Positions 1 to 11,500 of a stretch of DNA of 64,000 nt are shown here, piece after piece; position 1 is the first letter of the stretch, and each line of letters opens with the position of its first letter. The notes below the pieces were generated by a model, which saw only the letters and a program-made list of their open reading frames with translations, was not told the origin of the DNA and made no database searches. A program made the position numbers and the translations under genes. The stretch lies in assembly GCF_000143415.4 (NCBI RefSeq), contig NW_003314392.1:341334-405333 (forward strand), given 5' to 3'. This stretch comes from Selaginella moellendorffii (Eukaryota; Plantae; Lycopodiophyta).

Positions 1-2
1 GT

Positions 3-1673
3 GTAGAACAGGTATGTGACAAGGACTATCTGAAAGAGATCCGTGATAGGGGAGGGCTCTTAGCAACCAGGAATGCATCCATAGCAGAGTATGAGTCCTC
101 CGAGCACGTCAAGGGTCTGGGAACCATGAAGATCACCATGTGGCTGCTGGCATTTGTCTGCCTGCAGGAAAACCAGCAGGCCGCATCTACAGCAGATGCC
201 GCCTGTGAACCAATTGCACCAGTTGTTCTGCGGGTTACTCCTCAAGATTATGATCAGGAAATCAGAAACTGGACAAGGTACTCACCAACATACTTCAGCT
301 TGTGGGAGGTAGTCAGTGACAACAGTAATGTCCAACAGGTCACAAACACGGTTCCCTCCAGGATACTGGAGTTTCCAACTGAGTACTATACAAACACACA
401 GTCAGAGTCAGGGTTTCAAGCTAGAACTCTAGCAAGGGAAAGCTACAAAAACTTACCAAACTGTGGCAACTTAGGATTTGACATCTTTGCTGATCGAGGT
501 GAGGTTGCGCTGACTGATAAAGGAGCCCGCTTACCATCTCCAAACGTGAGAAAAGCTCCTGAAGCAGGTGTGTACAACTATGGTGGAGCCGCGAAATGTT
601 ATAGAATGGATGAAGAGTTCAAGAACGCCACAGGCAGTGAGCTTCTCACTGTCCTGGGACCGGCCTTTCTTCCGGGCAAAATTGTTGGAGGCTGCCAAAG
701 CGAGTCACCCTTTCTGTTTTCCAACCAGTCGGGCTACTACGCTTGCTACAGTGAGGAGCTGAATGCTACTGGAACCACACTCAGCTCGTGGAGATTCCAC
801 TGCGTACACTTCGACTGTGGCGAGAAAGAAGTGAAAGCCAGTCTGGTGCCGTATTTCAAAGCCGTCTATGAAGCTTCCAGGAACGAGACCAATACACTGG
901 TGCCTTTGCAAAGACAGAGCTGCTCAGGACTTTCATCTATCTGGGTGCGAACGACGAACAGTCCGTCATCCAACTTTCCTCTCTATGATGCACCAGTATG
1001 TGAAAATAGAAGAGCAGCCAAGCCGGAAATGTGCTTGTGGGGCATAGATCCACCCCAGGATCTGCTGCAAACAAGTTCGGACATAGACATTCTTAGCTCG
1101 CTGCTCTCTCAAGTTAAAGCGTCGTACATTGCTGAGCATCTCTCGCTTTTGAACCTGGAGCAAGGTTCCCCGGCGGAGTTCTGGGTGGTGGCCATAACTC
1201 TCCCCAGTGCTTTCATCGCAGTTGTTGCGGGAGTGGTGCCATTGACAGATGCACAGTTGAAGCTGGTGCGAGGTGTGAGAGTCTCTTCACGCTTGAAACT
1301 AGGGCTTTTGTGCTGCTGCAACCTGGTCCTGGCCATTGTTTCCTACTCCGCTGTTGTGGCTTTGACGCCGACTGAGTTGCAAAGAGAGAAGAGTTTCAGG
1401 AGCTGGGCACTACACGCTGACCAAGTGCAGGTGACAAGCCATGGATTGCGAGTGCTGGTTGTTGCTCAGGGCGAATCGACTTACAAATCAAATAGTCTCC
1501 TGCTCGCATGGGTGTCCACAGCGGTTTTGATGCCAGTGGTCCTTTTGATCACCTTCCTGAGATGCAGGCAGGAGCTTAGAACTCTTCAAAGCCATAGGAG
1601 GAGCAGTTTGGGTGGGATGCAGCTTTCTTCACGAACGCCAAAGAGGTTTCTGAGATCCTATAGTCTAATATGA
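3..1673 (+). CDS. 5'-truncated intronless ORF of unknown function; Cys-rich, probably extracellular region with about 3 C-terminal TM helices
   Basis: The frame of ORF 126..1673 is already open at position 3 (VEQVCDKDYLKEIRDRGG...), so the true start may lie upstream of the window. It has many N-x-S/T sites and Cys. Hydrophobic segments: FWVVAITLPSAFIAVVAGVV, LGLLCCCNLVLAIVSYSAVVAL, LLLAWVSTAVLMPVVLLITFL. Confidence 0.7.
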   Translation, partial: VEQVCDKDYLKEIRDRGGLLATRNASIAEYESSEHVKGLGTMKITMWLLAFVCLQENQQAASTADAACEPIAPVVLRVTPQDYDQEIRNWTRYSPTYFSLWEVVSDNSNVQQVTNTVPSRILEFPTEYYTNTQSESGFQARTLARESYKNLPNCGNLGFDIFADRGEVALTDKGARLPSPNVRKAPEAGVYNYGGAAKCYRMDEEFKNATGSELLTVLGPAFLPGKIVGGCQSESPFLFSNQSGYYACYSEELNATGTTLSSWRFHCVHFDCGEKEVKASLVPYFKAVYEASRNETNTLVPLQRQSCSGLSSIWVRTTNSPSSNFPLYDAPVCENRRAAKPEMCLWGIDPPQDLLQTSSDIDILSSLLSQVKASYIAEHLSLLNLEQGSPAEFWVVAITLPSAFIAVVAGVVPLTDAQLKLVRGVRVSSRLKLGLLCCCNLVLAIVSYSAVVALTPTELQREKSFRSWALHADQVQVTSHGLRVLVVAQGESTYKSNSLLLAWVSTAVLMPVVLLITFLRCRQELRTLQSHRRSSLGGMQLSSRTPKRFLRSYSLI

Positions 1674-2500
1674 CCAGTTTTAATCTGAAAAGACAAATTG
1701 TCTGTCTAATTTTAAAAGACTTCTGCTTTCATCATGGAGCTAGATCTACCCTGAACCACGGTAACTTGAGATGACCAAAAATTGCACGGACCACATATTA
1801 TAAACGTCCATAGATTTTTTGATTGATGTTAAGTGAGTGGCTGAAAGAATTCACATATTAAACAGCCTGAAATGTGATCTCTGCTAGATCACTTATAATT
1901 ACCCATTCTCTTTCTGTTTGGTACATTTCACAAGAGGTGATAATAAAATCTAAATTTCTTATTATAATAATTCCATCATGGTTATGTTAGGTGAAATTTG
2001 CTATGTTATGCAGAAGCAATAGCACAATCTCATGTACAACAAGAACCACAGCCAAAGAGCATTATGCTATATCAATTCATCCTTTTGTGGAGGAAAACTA
2101 GATTTATTTATTTTATTAGAATATTTAATTGTATTATCTTTGAATCATGATATTTAGTTTTTTTTATTAGACTTATATGTTATTAAATTTATCGGATTCA
2201 AGATTGAAGTCCTGAAGATCAAGTTTTATATTTGGTGCATTATGTTGACTTCTGTTGGGTTGACTTGAGCTCATCGAATGAACTGAACTCAAAAACTACC
2301 TAGCCTCTTGAAGCCACGAGCCAGAGTTCCAGTTCGTCCATAAAAATCACATCTTCTTGTCAAATCCAAAGAAAAAAAAATGCAACAAACTTACCAGAAC
2401 GAAACAATCATGGAAGTGAACCCTGAGAATGTTGAAGCAGTTCTTGGATCTTTTTCCACAGCCTGCCCTTCACAGTGGACTCGGCAGCAGGGCACTTCTC

Positions 2501-3203
2501 CTAGTAGAAGCCAGGCCGCAACATAGCAATGCCCATGCAGAAGTAGCACCACCGGGAAATGGCCTGAGAATGGAAAACCCTGTCCCTGACGCCAGGCCCC
2601 GGTATCATGCCACTGGGAAGCAAACCCGGTATCACTGGAAACTTTGGAACTTTGGGGACCGGCTTCTTGAGCGGAACCTCGGGAACTACTAGATACTCCG
2701 GTACCTTTGGAACTTCGGGGACAGGCTTCTTGGGAGGAATCTCCGAAAGTACTGGATACTCCCGAACCCTTGGAACTGGAACTTCTGGCACTTTGGGAAG
2801 TTCCGGAACTTTGGGTATTTCTGAAGGAACCTCCGGTACCTTGGGAATGACTGGAACCTATGAAACTATGACCGGAACCTCCGGAACCTCTGGAACCTCA
2901 GGGATGACTGGAACCTCCGGAACCTCTGGAACTTCTGGAATGACTGGAACCTCTGGAACCTTTGGAACTTCTGGAACGACTGGAACTTCCTTCGGCCTTT
3001 GGAACGATCAGGATCTCTGGAATCCTGGGGATTTCCGGATATTAGGAATCGGAATGGTGATCTCTGGTATCTCTTGCGCGCCATCAGCTCCTGGAAAGAA
3101 TCCAGCACCAAGCTGTGGCGGGATAAATCCTGGGAACCCCGCAAATCCCCCTCATCCACTGCCCAAGGAAAAGAATGCGTAGCGGGGCGAGAAGACGATC
3201 CAT
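2501..3203 (-). pseudogene. Proline-rich PEVPK/PEVPVI-repeat protein (PELPK-like cell-wall protein), disrupted
   Basis: The minus strand reads ...[72 protein letters not shown]..., with an in-frame TAG near 2860 and frameshifts near 2990-3030. A TATA-like TATATAA lies at ~3240-3246 (minus), ahead of an ATG at 3203. Confidence 0.65.
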
Positions 3204-3364
3204 GGCTGGAGAAGAAATCTCGCACCAATCCTCTGGCGCTTATATAGCAGCTCCATTCTACCTGCTTGGATCGTAGAAATGCGAGAAGAAATCACCGCGG
3301 GAGATCCTTCTCCCCTACTAGCGAATAGCCAACCCTAACCTAATCGCGCCCGGAGAGGTGAGAG

Positions 3365-3841
3365 ATGATGTTCGTGCTTGCGCCATTGCTCTTCTTCCTG
3401 GCATCGCTGCCTCGATTGTCCCTCGCCGCTGACGCCATTCTCCCCAGCGCCGAGGTGTCGCGATTCTTGGAAGAGCATGGCCTTCCCGGCGGTCTTCTCC
3501 CCAATCTGGTCACCAGCTACTCGCTGCGCGACAACAATTCCACATTCGTCGTCCATCTCCAGCACGAATGCTACCACCGCTTCGAGAATCTGGTGTGGTA
3601 TGGCACTACCATCTCTGGGAAGCTGGGCTATGGCAAGATCGAGAATCTATCGGGGATCCAGGCCAAGGAGTTCTTCCTGTGGCTGGGAGTGACGGGAATT
3701 CGCGTGGATGAATCCAACCGAGACTATATCTACTTTGAGGTGGGGATTGTGTCTAAGAGGCTGCGCGCATCGCTCTTTCGAGATCCACCATCGTGCTCAA
3801 AGTCTAGTGGCTCTCTTGTGGATCTACACGAGGCAATCTAG
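3365..3841 (+). CDS. DUF538 family protein, secreted, intronless
   Basis: Signal peptide followed by LEEHGLPGGLLP..V.SY.L...F.V.L...C....V.Y...ISG.L.YGKI.NLSGI.AKEFFLW..V..I......IYF.VG..SK......F..PP.C, the typical DUF538 pattern. Telo-box AACCCTAA at ~3331. Confidence 0.92.
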   Translation: MMFVLAPLLFFLASLPRLSLAADAILPSAEVSRFLEEHGLPGGLLPNLVTSYSLRDNNSTFVVHLQHECYHRFENLVWYGTTISGKLGYGKIENLSGIQAKEFFLWLGVTGIRVDESNRDYIYFEVGIVSKRLRASLFRDPPSCSKSSGSLVDLHEAI

Positions 3842-3951
3842 AGTTTTAGTTCCTGTCTACGTATAAGCGCTCTTTCAAGAGCCTCCATCGTGCTCAAAGT
3901 CTAGTGGTTCTCTTGTGGATCTAGATAAGGCAATCTAGAGTTTTGGTTCCT
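3771..3951 (+). repeat. Tandem duplication (period 97 bp) of the last codons and stop of the DUF538 gene
   Basis: 3771-3854 cgctctttcgagatccaccatcgtgctcaaagtctagtgg...gcaatctagagttttagttcct recurs at 3868-3951 with a few substitutions. Confidence 0.9.
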
Positions 3952-4053
3952 CGTGTTCTTCGTGTTCTATGTATCTTTTTGTTATTAAGATAATTCGAAG
4001 TGTCACACTCCTGGTGTTCTTGGTGTCACTTCGATCCATCGAGAAGAAACGAA

Positions 4054-7000
4054 CTAGAAGATCGAGGATTGCTCCAGCCTCCGTCTCTCCTTTTGCCTCG
4101 CGCGTCGAGCTTTTCTCCTGAGCGTTGCCACCGACGGCGGCCTCACCTCCTCGTCCAGTTCCACGTAGTGTTTCTCTGGCATGAGACCACCATCCCACTC
4201 TATCACCGCTTGAGCTCCTCCATTTCTATCCCAGTGTTCTTGCTCGCTGAAAGTACGCTTCTTCTTCTTCCGCTTGGATTGGAGCTCCATTCTCTCCTCT
4301 TGCTTTTCCTTCTCCAGTCCTTGCTTCTCGTGATATGGCCGCTCCTCCTCGTGAACTTGCTGCTGCCCATCCTGGATCTGTTCTAGTGCTTGACGCTTCT
4401 TCTTCTTCTTCTTCTTCTTCGGGTTCTCGGAGAGCTCAGAATTTTTTTCCTCCGCAAAAACCAGCTGGTTCTTCTCTTTCCCCTCGGCCACCAAAGTTTC
4501 CTTCTCCACTCCATCCGGTTCAAGCTCCTTCCGCTTCTTCTTCCGTTTCTTAACGTGCTCTACATTCTCTTCTTCTGGTTGAGGCTGCTCTTGCCCCTGC
4601 TCCACCTGAGCTCCTCCATCTTGTTTTAGCTCCTTACGCTTCTTCTTCCGTTTCTTGACGGGCTCAGCTTGAAGCTGGTTTTCCTTTTGGTCCTCAATTT
4701 GCTGCTGCTCTTCCTGTTCGACTTCCTTCCGCGTCTCCTTCCGGTTCTTGACGACCTCAAGACTCGGTTGAAACGGATTTATCTCTTTTTCCGACAAAGT
4801 TTCCTTCTCCGAGCACTGTTCTTTCTGCTGCTGGTCCGTCTGAGTTCCTCCATCGTACTCCAAACTCTTTTGCTCCGCTTGACCCTGGATTTGTTTCTTC
4901 TTGCCTGCAAGCTTTACTTTCACTGGCCACTCCCGCTCTTCTTGCTGCTCCTGCTGCGCCTGAGCCCCTCCATCCTGGACTAGCTCTTGTTCTGTCTCCT
5001 GGCTTTCGGACTTCTTGCGTAAATATTTCTCGGCCTGAAGCTTCTCAGCCGCGAGAGTTTGGTTATCTTGGGCCTGCTCCTGTTTTAGCTCGACGAGATT
5101 GAGGGGTGCTTTCTCGTTGTTTATCCGGCAGACAGCTCCGGTAGATCCTGCCTCCAATTGCTGCTGTTCATCTGACACTTTCTGGAAGAGAGCTTCCGTA
5201 TGTGCTTGCTCGCAGTGCTCTCTACTTCTCTGCTGCTTATCGCCCATGGATTCATTGTTTGCCTGGTTATCGCCCGCCACCTTTTCTTTCTTTATCTGGC
5301 AGACACCCTCCATAGGTGCCTTCTCGCATAGCTCGTTTTGTCTCTGCGGCACCGCCGTGGACTCCTTGTTTGTCTGACACGAAGCCCCGGTGAGTACTTT
5401 CTCGCAGTTCTCGTTTCCTCGCTGCTGGTTCATTTCTGTGGCTTCGTGCTCGCCTCTTCTCTTCTGCAGCTTATTCTCCGCCACCTTTCCTGTGGACTCC
5501 TTACACGGAGCTTCTGAGGCTGTTCTCCCGCAGCGCTCGCTTTTAGGCTGCCGCATCACCGTCGACTCATTGTTTGTCTCGCAGCGCTGGCTACCCATTT
5601 CTCTTAATTCCTTGTCCTTCTGACAAGCAGCACTGGCTGCAGGAAAAGATGGACCATTTTCGAGCCCTTCACCACCACTATCCGGCTCCATCTTCACGCG
5701 AGTTGCAGCAGCTTGAGTAGCAACCCGTTTCTCGCTGGCTGCGTTTGCAGCATTCTCAATCTTCACTTCGGCTCGACTAACTTTCGCTTTTTGGAGCTCC
5801 TTCACGCCATCCACCGAACGGACACCCGGTTGTCGATCGCCATGGTGACGCTCTTTCTCCGCATCATGTCCGTCTCTCCGATCACCACCACGGTGACATT
5901 CTTTCTCCCCGTCATGTCGATTCCTCCTCGCTTCTTGATCATATATCTGGCTTGCACGAGCCTCCTCATGTCGGTGCTTCTCGTAGTTCCTGTTGTACTT
6001 AGAATCCTCCTGTCGGTGCCTCGCTACTTCGCTACTAGGACCTGCGAGCAAGTTTTACACATTTACATCAGGATACTATTTACACTTCGCTTACCCTCAG
6101 AGGTCACGTTTGGTGGCCTTTCCAGCAAGTAAGGAACCAGGCCAGCTTGCTCTAAGCGATGGAACAGACTTCTTCTATATGCACTACCTGGATATGAATC
6201 AGCATGAAGAGACAATTTGTGCCAAGAAACGATAGCTTCTACGTACATTTTCGGATTGAATCAGACAACAAAATGCAGCGGTCCCGAGCTTTTGCCAACG
6301 CGATCAGTATCTCCGCCTCTGCAATCTACAAGTACCAAGCATTATTTAGAAAGCATGGTGTGAAGCATCCTACCCCGGCTGCATCATCTGCAAACATAAA
6401 AAAATGGGTTACAACGAAAACAAAAACCAAAGGACGAAAGCATGAGAGCAAAGCATACCGATGAGCACCAGATCGAATTTGCAGTTCCATTTCTCCAGAT
6501 GGAAACTATCACTGCAGGAGAGGGTGGTGCAAACAACGGATGCGTTGCTCAGCACGTTTTCCTCGGCAATATAATACGAACTGTAGGCCCGCTGTTCACT
6601 GATAATGATGCCCTCGAGGGTCAAGCCATGGCAATGCCTGTCGATCTTTTCCATCGGACCAACACGAACGATTGCTCCCCGGCGAGGAACGTAGGCCTGG
6701 CCATCACTGTCCAAGAGTCTGCTTGAGAGACTCAACGCTATCTGGTCCACAGCATTGTTGTATGGTGCGCACACAAGTATCTTGGCACTAGAAACACAGA
6801 GAGACCCTCGCATATAAGATCACACAAAAGAAAAACTTACTATCGGGTCGCACACAATGCCGCAGACACAATTCCTGGAAAAATATAAGTAAGCAACAGA
6901 TCAATGCAAACGTAGTCGACTTACCAACAATTGTCTCTCTCTGTACAAGGCAGAACGAAGAAGAGTCAAGTGTTACTCCAGCGCAAAAACAAAAAGAGAA

Positions 7001-7841
7001 GAAACGAGCCCCTTACCCGTAAGTTCAGCCGTCCTTTGGAAAGCACAAAGATTAATAGCCTGGACTTCTCTAGCTGTAAAACAAACCTTGAGCAAGAAGA
7101 AATCCTTCCCGGAGATGCACCGAGGCCGCCACAACGCGGCCTTGTTCGTGGTTCAACCTTAAACCAGCGAGCCAAGCACCGAAGTGTACCGCTTCCGGCC
7201 TGATGGTATTCAGAGGGCGAACAAGTTGATCTCTTAGTCTTGGCGAGATATTCTCCGCTTTAGACACCGAGAGGAAGCACCGACGGAGTGTGGCCGTGGT
7301 ATCCAAAAGGAAGACATCATACTGGAAATGCAAAGAGAAAAAGAAGTTGTAGTTCCAAAGAACCGAAAGTTACCTTTCCTTTGACGGGTTTTGTGCCATG
7401 GTGTGCTCTCAAGATGGTCCGATCGTTGATGACCCCAGTGACAATGCCGATCGCCTTGAGCTCACCAGCGCGATCTTGCACAGCAACGATTTGCGACGGC
7501 TCAAACCGCGACTGGGAACCCAGCACCTCGATGTGGCAAAAGAGGCCGCGAGTTGGATGCACGGTCACCTCACAGTCGAGAGCATTCACTTGTTTCTCAC
7601 ACCCTGTAAATGGCGCATGAGCAAGTTTTCGTTTCTCTTCCCTGAAAGCCCCAGTACCTTTTTTGAGCAGGAGATCCGATACCCGTGAGTTGCATTCTCC
7701 GAAGATCCATTTCTTGTGCTGGTGCTTGTAATCTTCAATCCCCATAAATGACACGCGGTCGAGATCGGAGCTTGAGGAGACTGGCACCTTCCCTCCCAGA
7801 AATGCGAGAACCACGGCATCAAACTCGTCATCGGGATTCAT
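4054..7841 (-). CDS. Multi-exon gene: degenerate SEN1/UPF1-like (AAA_11) helicase region plus a long E/K/Q-rich disordered C-terminus
   Basis: Exons encode ETIVGIVSAAL, KILVCAPYNNAVDQIA, AIVRVG, NASVVCTTLSCS, FDLVLI-DDAAG, AEAEILIAL..CILLSD and YRRSLFHRLEQAG, which are SF1B helicase motifs in the expected order. GT-AG introns. The final ~2 kb exon carries KKRKKKRK clusters. Exon boundaries are approximate. Confidence 0.7.
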
Positions 7842-7936
7842 AAATCCCACTGCTGGAACCCTAAAAGCCAGGGTTTTTGCAGAACATCATTATTACTTTA
7901 AACATTCTGTTTATCACTAAATAAAAAAGGCAAAAT

Positions 7937-8008
7937 GGTTCTATGGTCTAGTGGTCAGGACACTGGACTCTGAATCCAGTAGCCCGAGTTCAAGTCTCGG
8001 TAGGACCT
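7937..8008 (+). tRNA. tRNA-Gln(CTG)
   Basis: GGTTCTATGGTCTAGTGGTCAGGACACTGGACT-CTG-AATCCAGTAGCCCGAGTTCAAGTCTCGGTAGGACCT; 72 nt, cloverleaf pairs, A and B boxes intact. Confidence 0.96.
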
Positions 8009-8504
8009 CGAAGAATATAACCTTTGTCGATGTTAAGATCGACTTAATTGCATGCAAAACCTAGATTCTTAACTATTTCCTTTTTTTCACATAATTAGTT
8101 CCGAGTGAGAGAGAGAAAATATCTTACCTGAAAGGCTAGTGTCCTCTAGCCTCTAAGGCCTGTTGCGGTTAACTTTTACTTCCTCCTTGCTTGCTACTCC
8201 TAGTTACTCAATATTTCTGAAAGGAGCAAGGATAGTTAGAAGTGTTCAGAAATTTCAAGAAAAATCAAGAAACTTCATTTTGGCTCGGGACATGCATAAG
8301 GTGCCGGTTTTTCATAGGTTCATTCCCAAACATGTAACAATGCAAGCAAGGGAAGACCCCTAAACCAGCCAGCCACTTGTGGGGCACCTTACCTCACAAG
8401 CGTAACCTGACACAAGTCTTTTAATGACATGACCTCCATTTTTAAAAAATAAATTTTCCCCACAGAATTTGCATCTTGCCCGTAATTGTCTCTCTGATAC
8501 CACA

Positions 8505-11500
8505 TGTAACAACCAACCACTAAGTCCGGTCATTTCAGCCCTGGGTGACTCCCAAGGCCATCTCTCGACAGTTCACTAAGTCAGGTCCTTGTACTTGGAC
8601 CCACTCGAGCCATCTTGAGGCTAAGTCCCCATGGGTGCCATCTTTGGGACCGCCGAAGATATGCACTTCTAAACAATTGAGTTTCAACTTATCCTTGGAC
8701 GACCTCAATATTAACTATGGCACTAGCTGTTGCGAATGTGACTTCGGGTATCGAAAATTACTTGTCAGCCAGTCCTTACAGACACTCTTACCTTATTGCC
8801 ACAATGGCAGGAGGTTGGTATTGTTGAACCTTTTATTAATCCCTCTTGTTCAAATGTTAGTAAACTGGACTTTGCATTTGCACTTGGCCGGACGAGTATA
8901 AAAAAGGAATTCCTAAGTGTCTATTTAGCCAAGCATACTTGGCCCGGCTTGTTAGTTTTCTTTTGCTCTGTCTTGCACTGGCTTGACAAAAACCCTCATG
9001 TATTGAGACTAGTCCCTTAATATCGCTAGATAATAGCTTACTATGTCTGCTAAACACCCTCACTATCATGCCCTTTGTGTTAGTCTCATTTCGGTCCCAA
9101 ATGCTTGCTCATTTGGCATATTTATGGAATGTAGAGATTAACTTGAACACAATAGTGTTAGTCCCATGTCCAAATTCGCAATCTAGTACCATTCCATATT
9201 TAGTAAGTTTAGAGCTTGTCCCAGAGACTAACTCCTGATACTAAGGGAGGCTTGGGGTGAAAGCCTAAAGCGTGTGTTCCTCAAGGGGGGTGTGGGGGGT
9301 TCCAAATGTATGGTAGGGATAGTGGGTAGGTCGGGCATAGCTGACTAACCTGAGGCATAATCTAACTCCTGCTTGCGTGTCTATCCTTGTTCTGCGTCCA
9401 GCTTGGGTCTAAACCCAAGTTTCATTCCATACTAGCTGGTGGAGTACCCATATCCTTGCGTTAGGCCACCGGTATGCTGAATTAACGCCAAACTTCATTT
9501 GGCTCCATTTTGTGTGCTGATCCGGGCATTGGGATGCTGGTTGCTCCAAAACTGTTCCAAGTCGCTCCGGGCTCCTGTCCCTTTGCTCCTTGGGCTGTAT
9601 GCTCAAGAGTTACTCTGTGGTCTGATTCTGTTACTCCTTGGCTTTATGCTTGAGAGTTTGGCACCATTCCTTCGTTCAGTGGCCCAAGGCACCACTGTCC
9701 ATTGGACACGTGGCATATGACACGTGGTAGGGTTTAGGTTCCACTTCATGGTGTTATCTTATGGTAAATCACCATAGGATAAAGGGTCAAAACCACATGC
9801 GCTACATTTGGTATTAGAGGATGAGTCTCGCGAGTATTATCCAATGAGATTGGGCAACTAGTCTCATTGCATACACAAAGATGAAAATGATGATCCGAGT
9901 GGGTACACATTTGGGTGCTAAGACTTTGCAATCATTCCTTGGGTATCGATTTGGTTACCTTGTCGTACCTTATGATGTGAGCTTGCTCTTGGGCTCATAG
10001 GATTGATTGAGTTGTTTCATTTTGCATGAGTTTTTGCTTAGGCTCATGAGTGAGGCATATTAGAAAAGAGAGTCATCGGGGACGAAGGATCAAACACATA
10101 AATCGTCTTCTCTTCTTGGAGAGATGATTTACAACAAAGTGTTAATTCATTGCTCATGTTCACATTATGCAATCAAGAGTTTCTACCTTGATGCATGTTG
10201 GAAATGATGGTCTTACAAGTGGTGAGTTATAGGATGGATGGCGTTGAAATGCTATACCATTTTGTCTAGGCTTGTTATTAAAGACTTGGGTTACAATGCT
10301 CAATTTTTTTCCGGAAAACTTTGCTATTGCTCCTTGAGTATCTTAGCGTTGGATTAGTTTGAGTTTGGTCGGAAAGAGAGTGGCATGAACTTGTCCATGT
10401 TGTAAACAAAAGTTAGTGGTTGGGTGTTGTAAGTCTCTATCGGTAGAGTGTGGCATTTATGTTGCATTTTATCGAATTGAGTTGACACGTGATATTCACA
10501 TAAACCTTTGAATTAATGACATTGGCATTGTTTGTTAATGTTGCTCAATTGATGATCAAGTCATTGTGATACTTATATCATATCTATGTGATAAGAGCAA
10601 TGTGTTTACTAAGTTGCTTGGTTAAAACGATGATCAACCCCAAAGTGGTTGATGGTGAAACTAGTCTACTTGCAAGTAGTAGCATTGTAGTAGCTTTGAC
10701 TGGATTCTCGTTGGTGGTCCATTATGCTAAGCTTAAGTTGGTTCCTTAGTTTCATGTGTTTGCCCATTGAGGTGTTGGAAAAAGGGTTGTAGCATTCATT
10801 TGCTATAACTCTTCAGTTGATCCGTTAGCACTTGGAGTAGATTGTTGGATAGTGAAAGTGTGTAGTTGAGGCATTGACATCGCTAGCACTTGTGTTAGTG
10901 GAAGTGGCATTTTTATTTCGAGTGATGAGGAATTTTTCTTAGAGCTTGATTTTCTATGTCATTTTTCTTGTTAGTGTTTTAGCTTCACATTGGATATTGA
11001 AAGTAGTTGAAGAAAAGTGTCACTACAATGTGGATATCCAAAGATATGGTCTTTGTGATCAAGCCTTGGATGTTCACTTTGCATTTTGTGGATATCGGTG
11101 TTAGATGTCAAAATATGGGCATGATGTTCAATGCTTAAGCATACAGTGGGTCATGAAAATTTGTGTTGAGGTGAACCTTTGTGAAGTTGTTAGTAGGAGG
11201 AAGTTGGTTGAGTCTTAAAAGTTTGCATTTCTAGATCGAAAGTTATTGTTTCTCTAGGATGGAAAATTTTCCACAAATTTTCTTAGGCTTTTCCAATGGC
11301 TAATCTGTTGATCACTTTGCTTGAAAACCATTCCGTTTTTGAAAGTTAGTACAAACTAGTGAAAGGGTTAGAGTTGACTTTGGTTGGGTTAAACCTTAGT
11401 AGGTAGTTTGTATGATGCACCTGAAAGGGATGTTGATTTTTGGAGCTAAGGCAATTGAGTTGGATAGAGTCTGGAGTTGGTGTAGAAAAGTGGTTGTTGT

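Noticed and set aside
126-180. Signal peptide at MKITMWLLAFVCL
   Set aside because: The frame is open upstream to the window edge, so this ATG may be internal.
2607-3182. 191-aa GTS/GMT-repeat, collagen-like ORF on the + strand
   Set aside because: Antisense shadow of the minus-strand PEVP repeat; the TATA and ATG support the minus strand.
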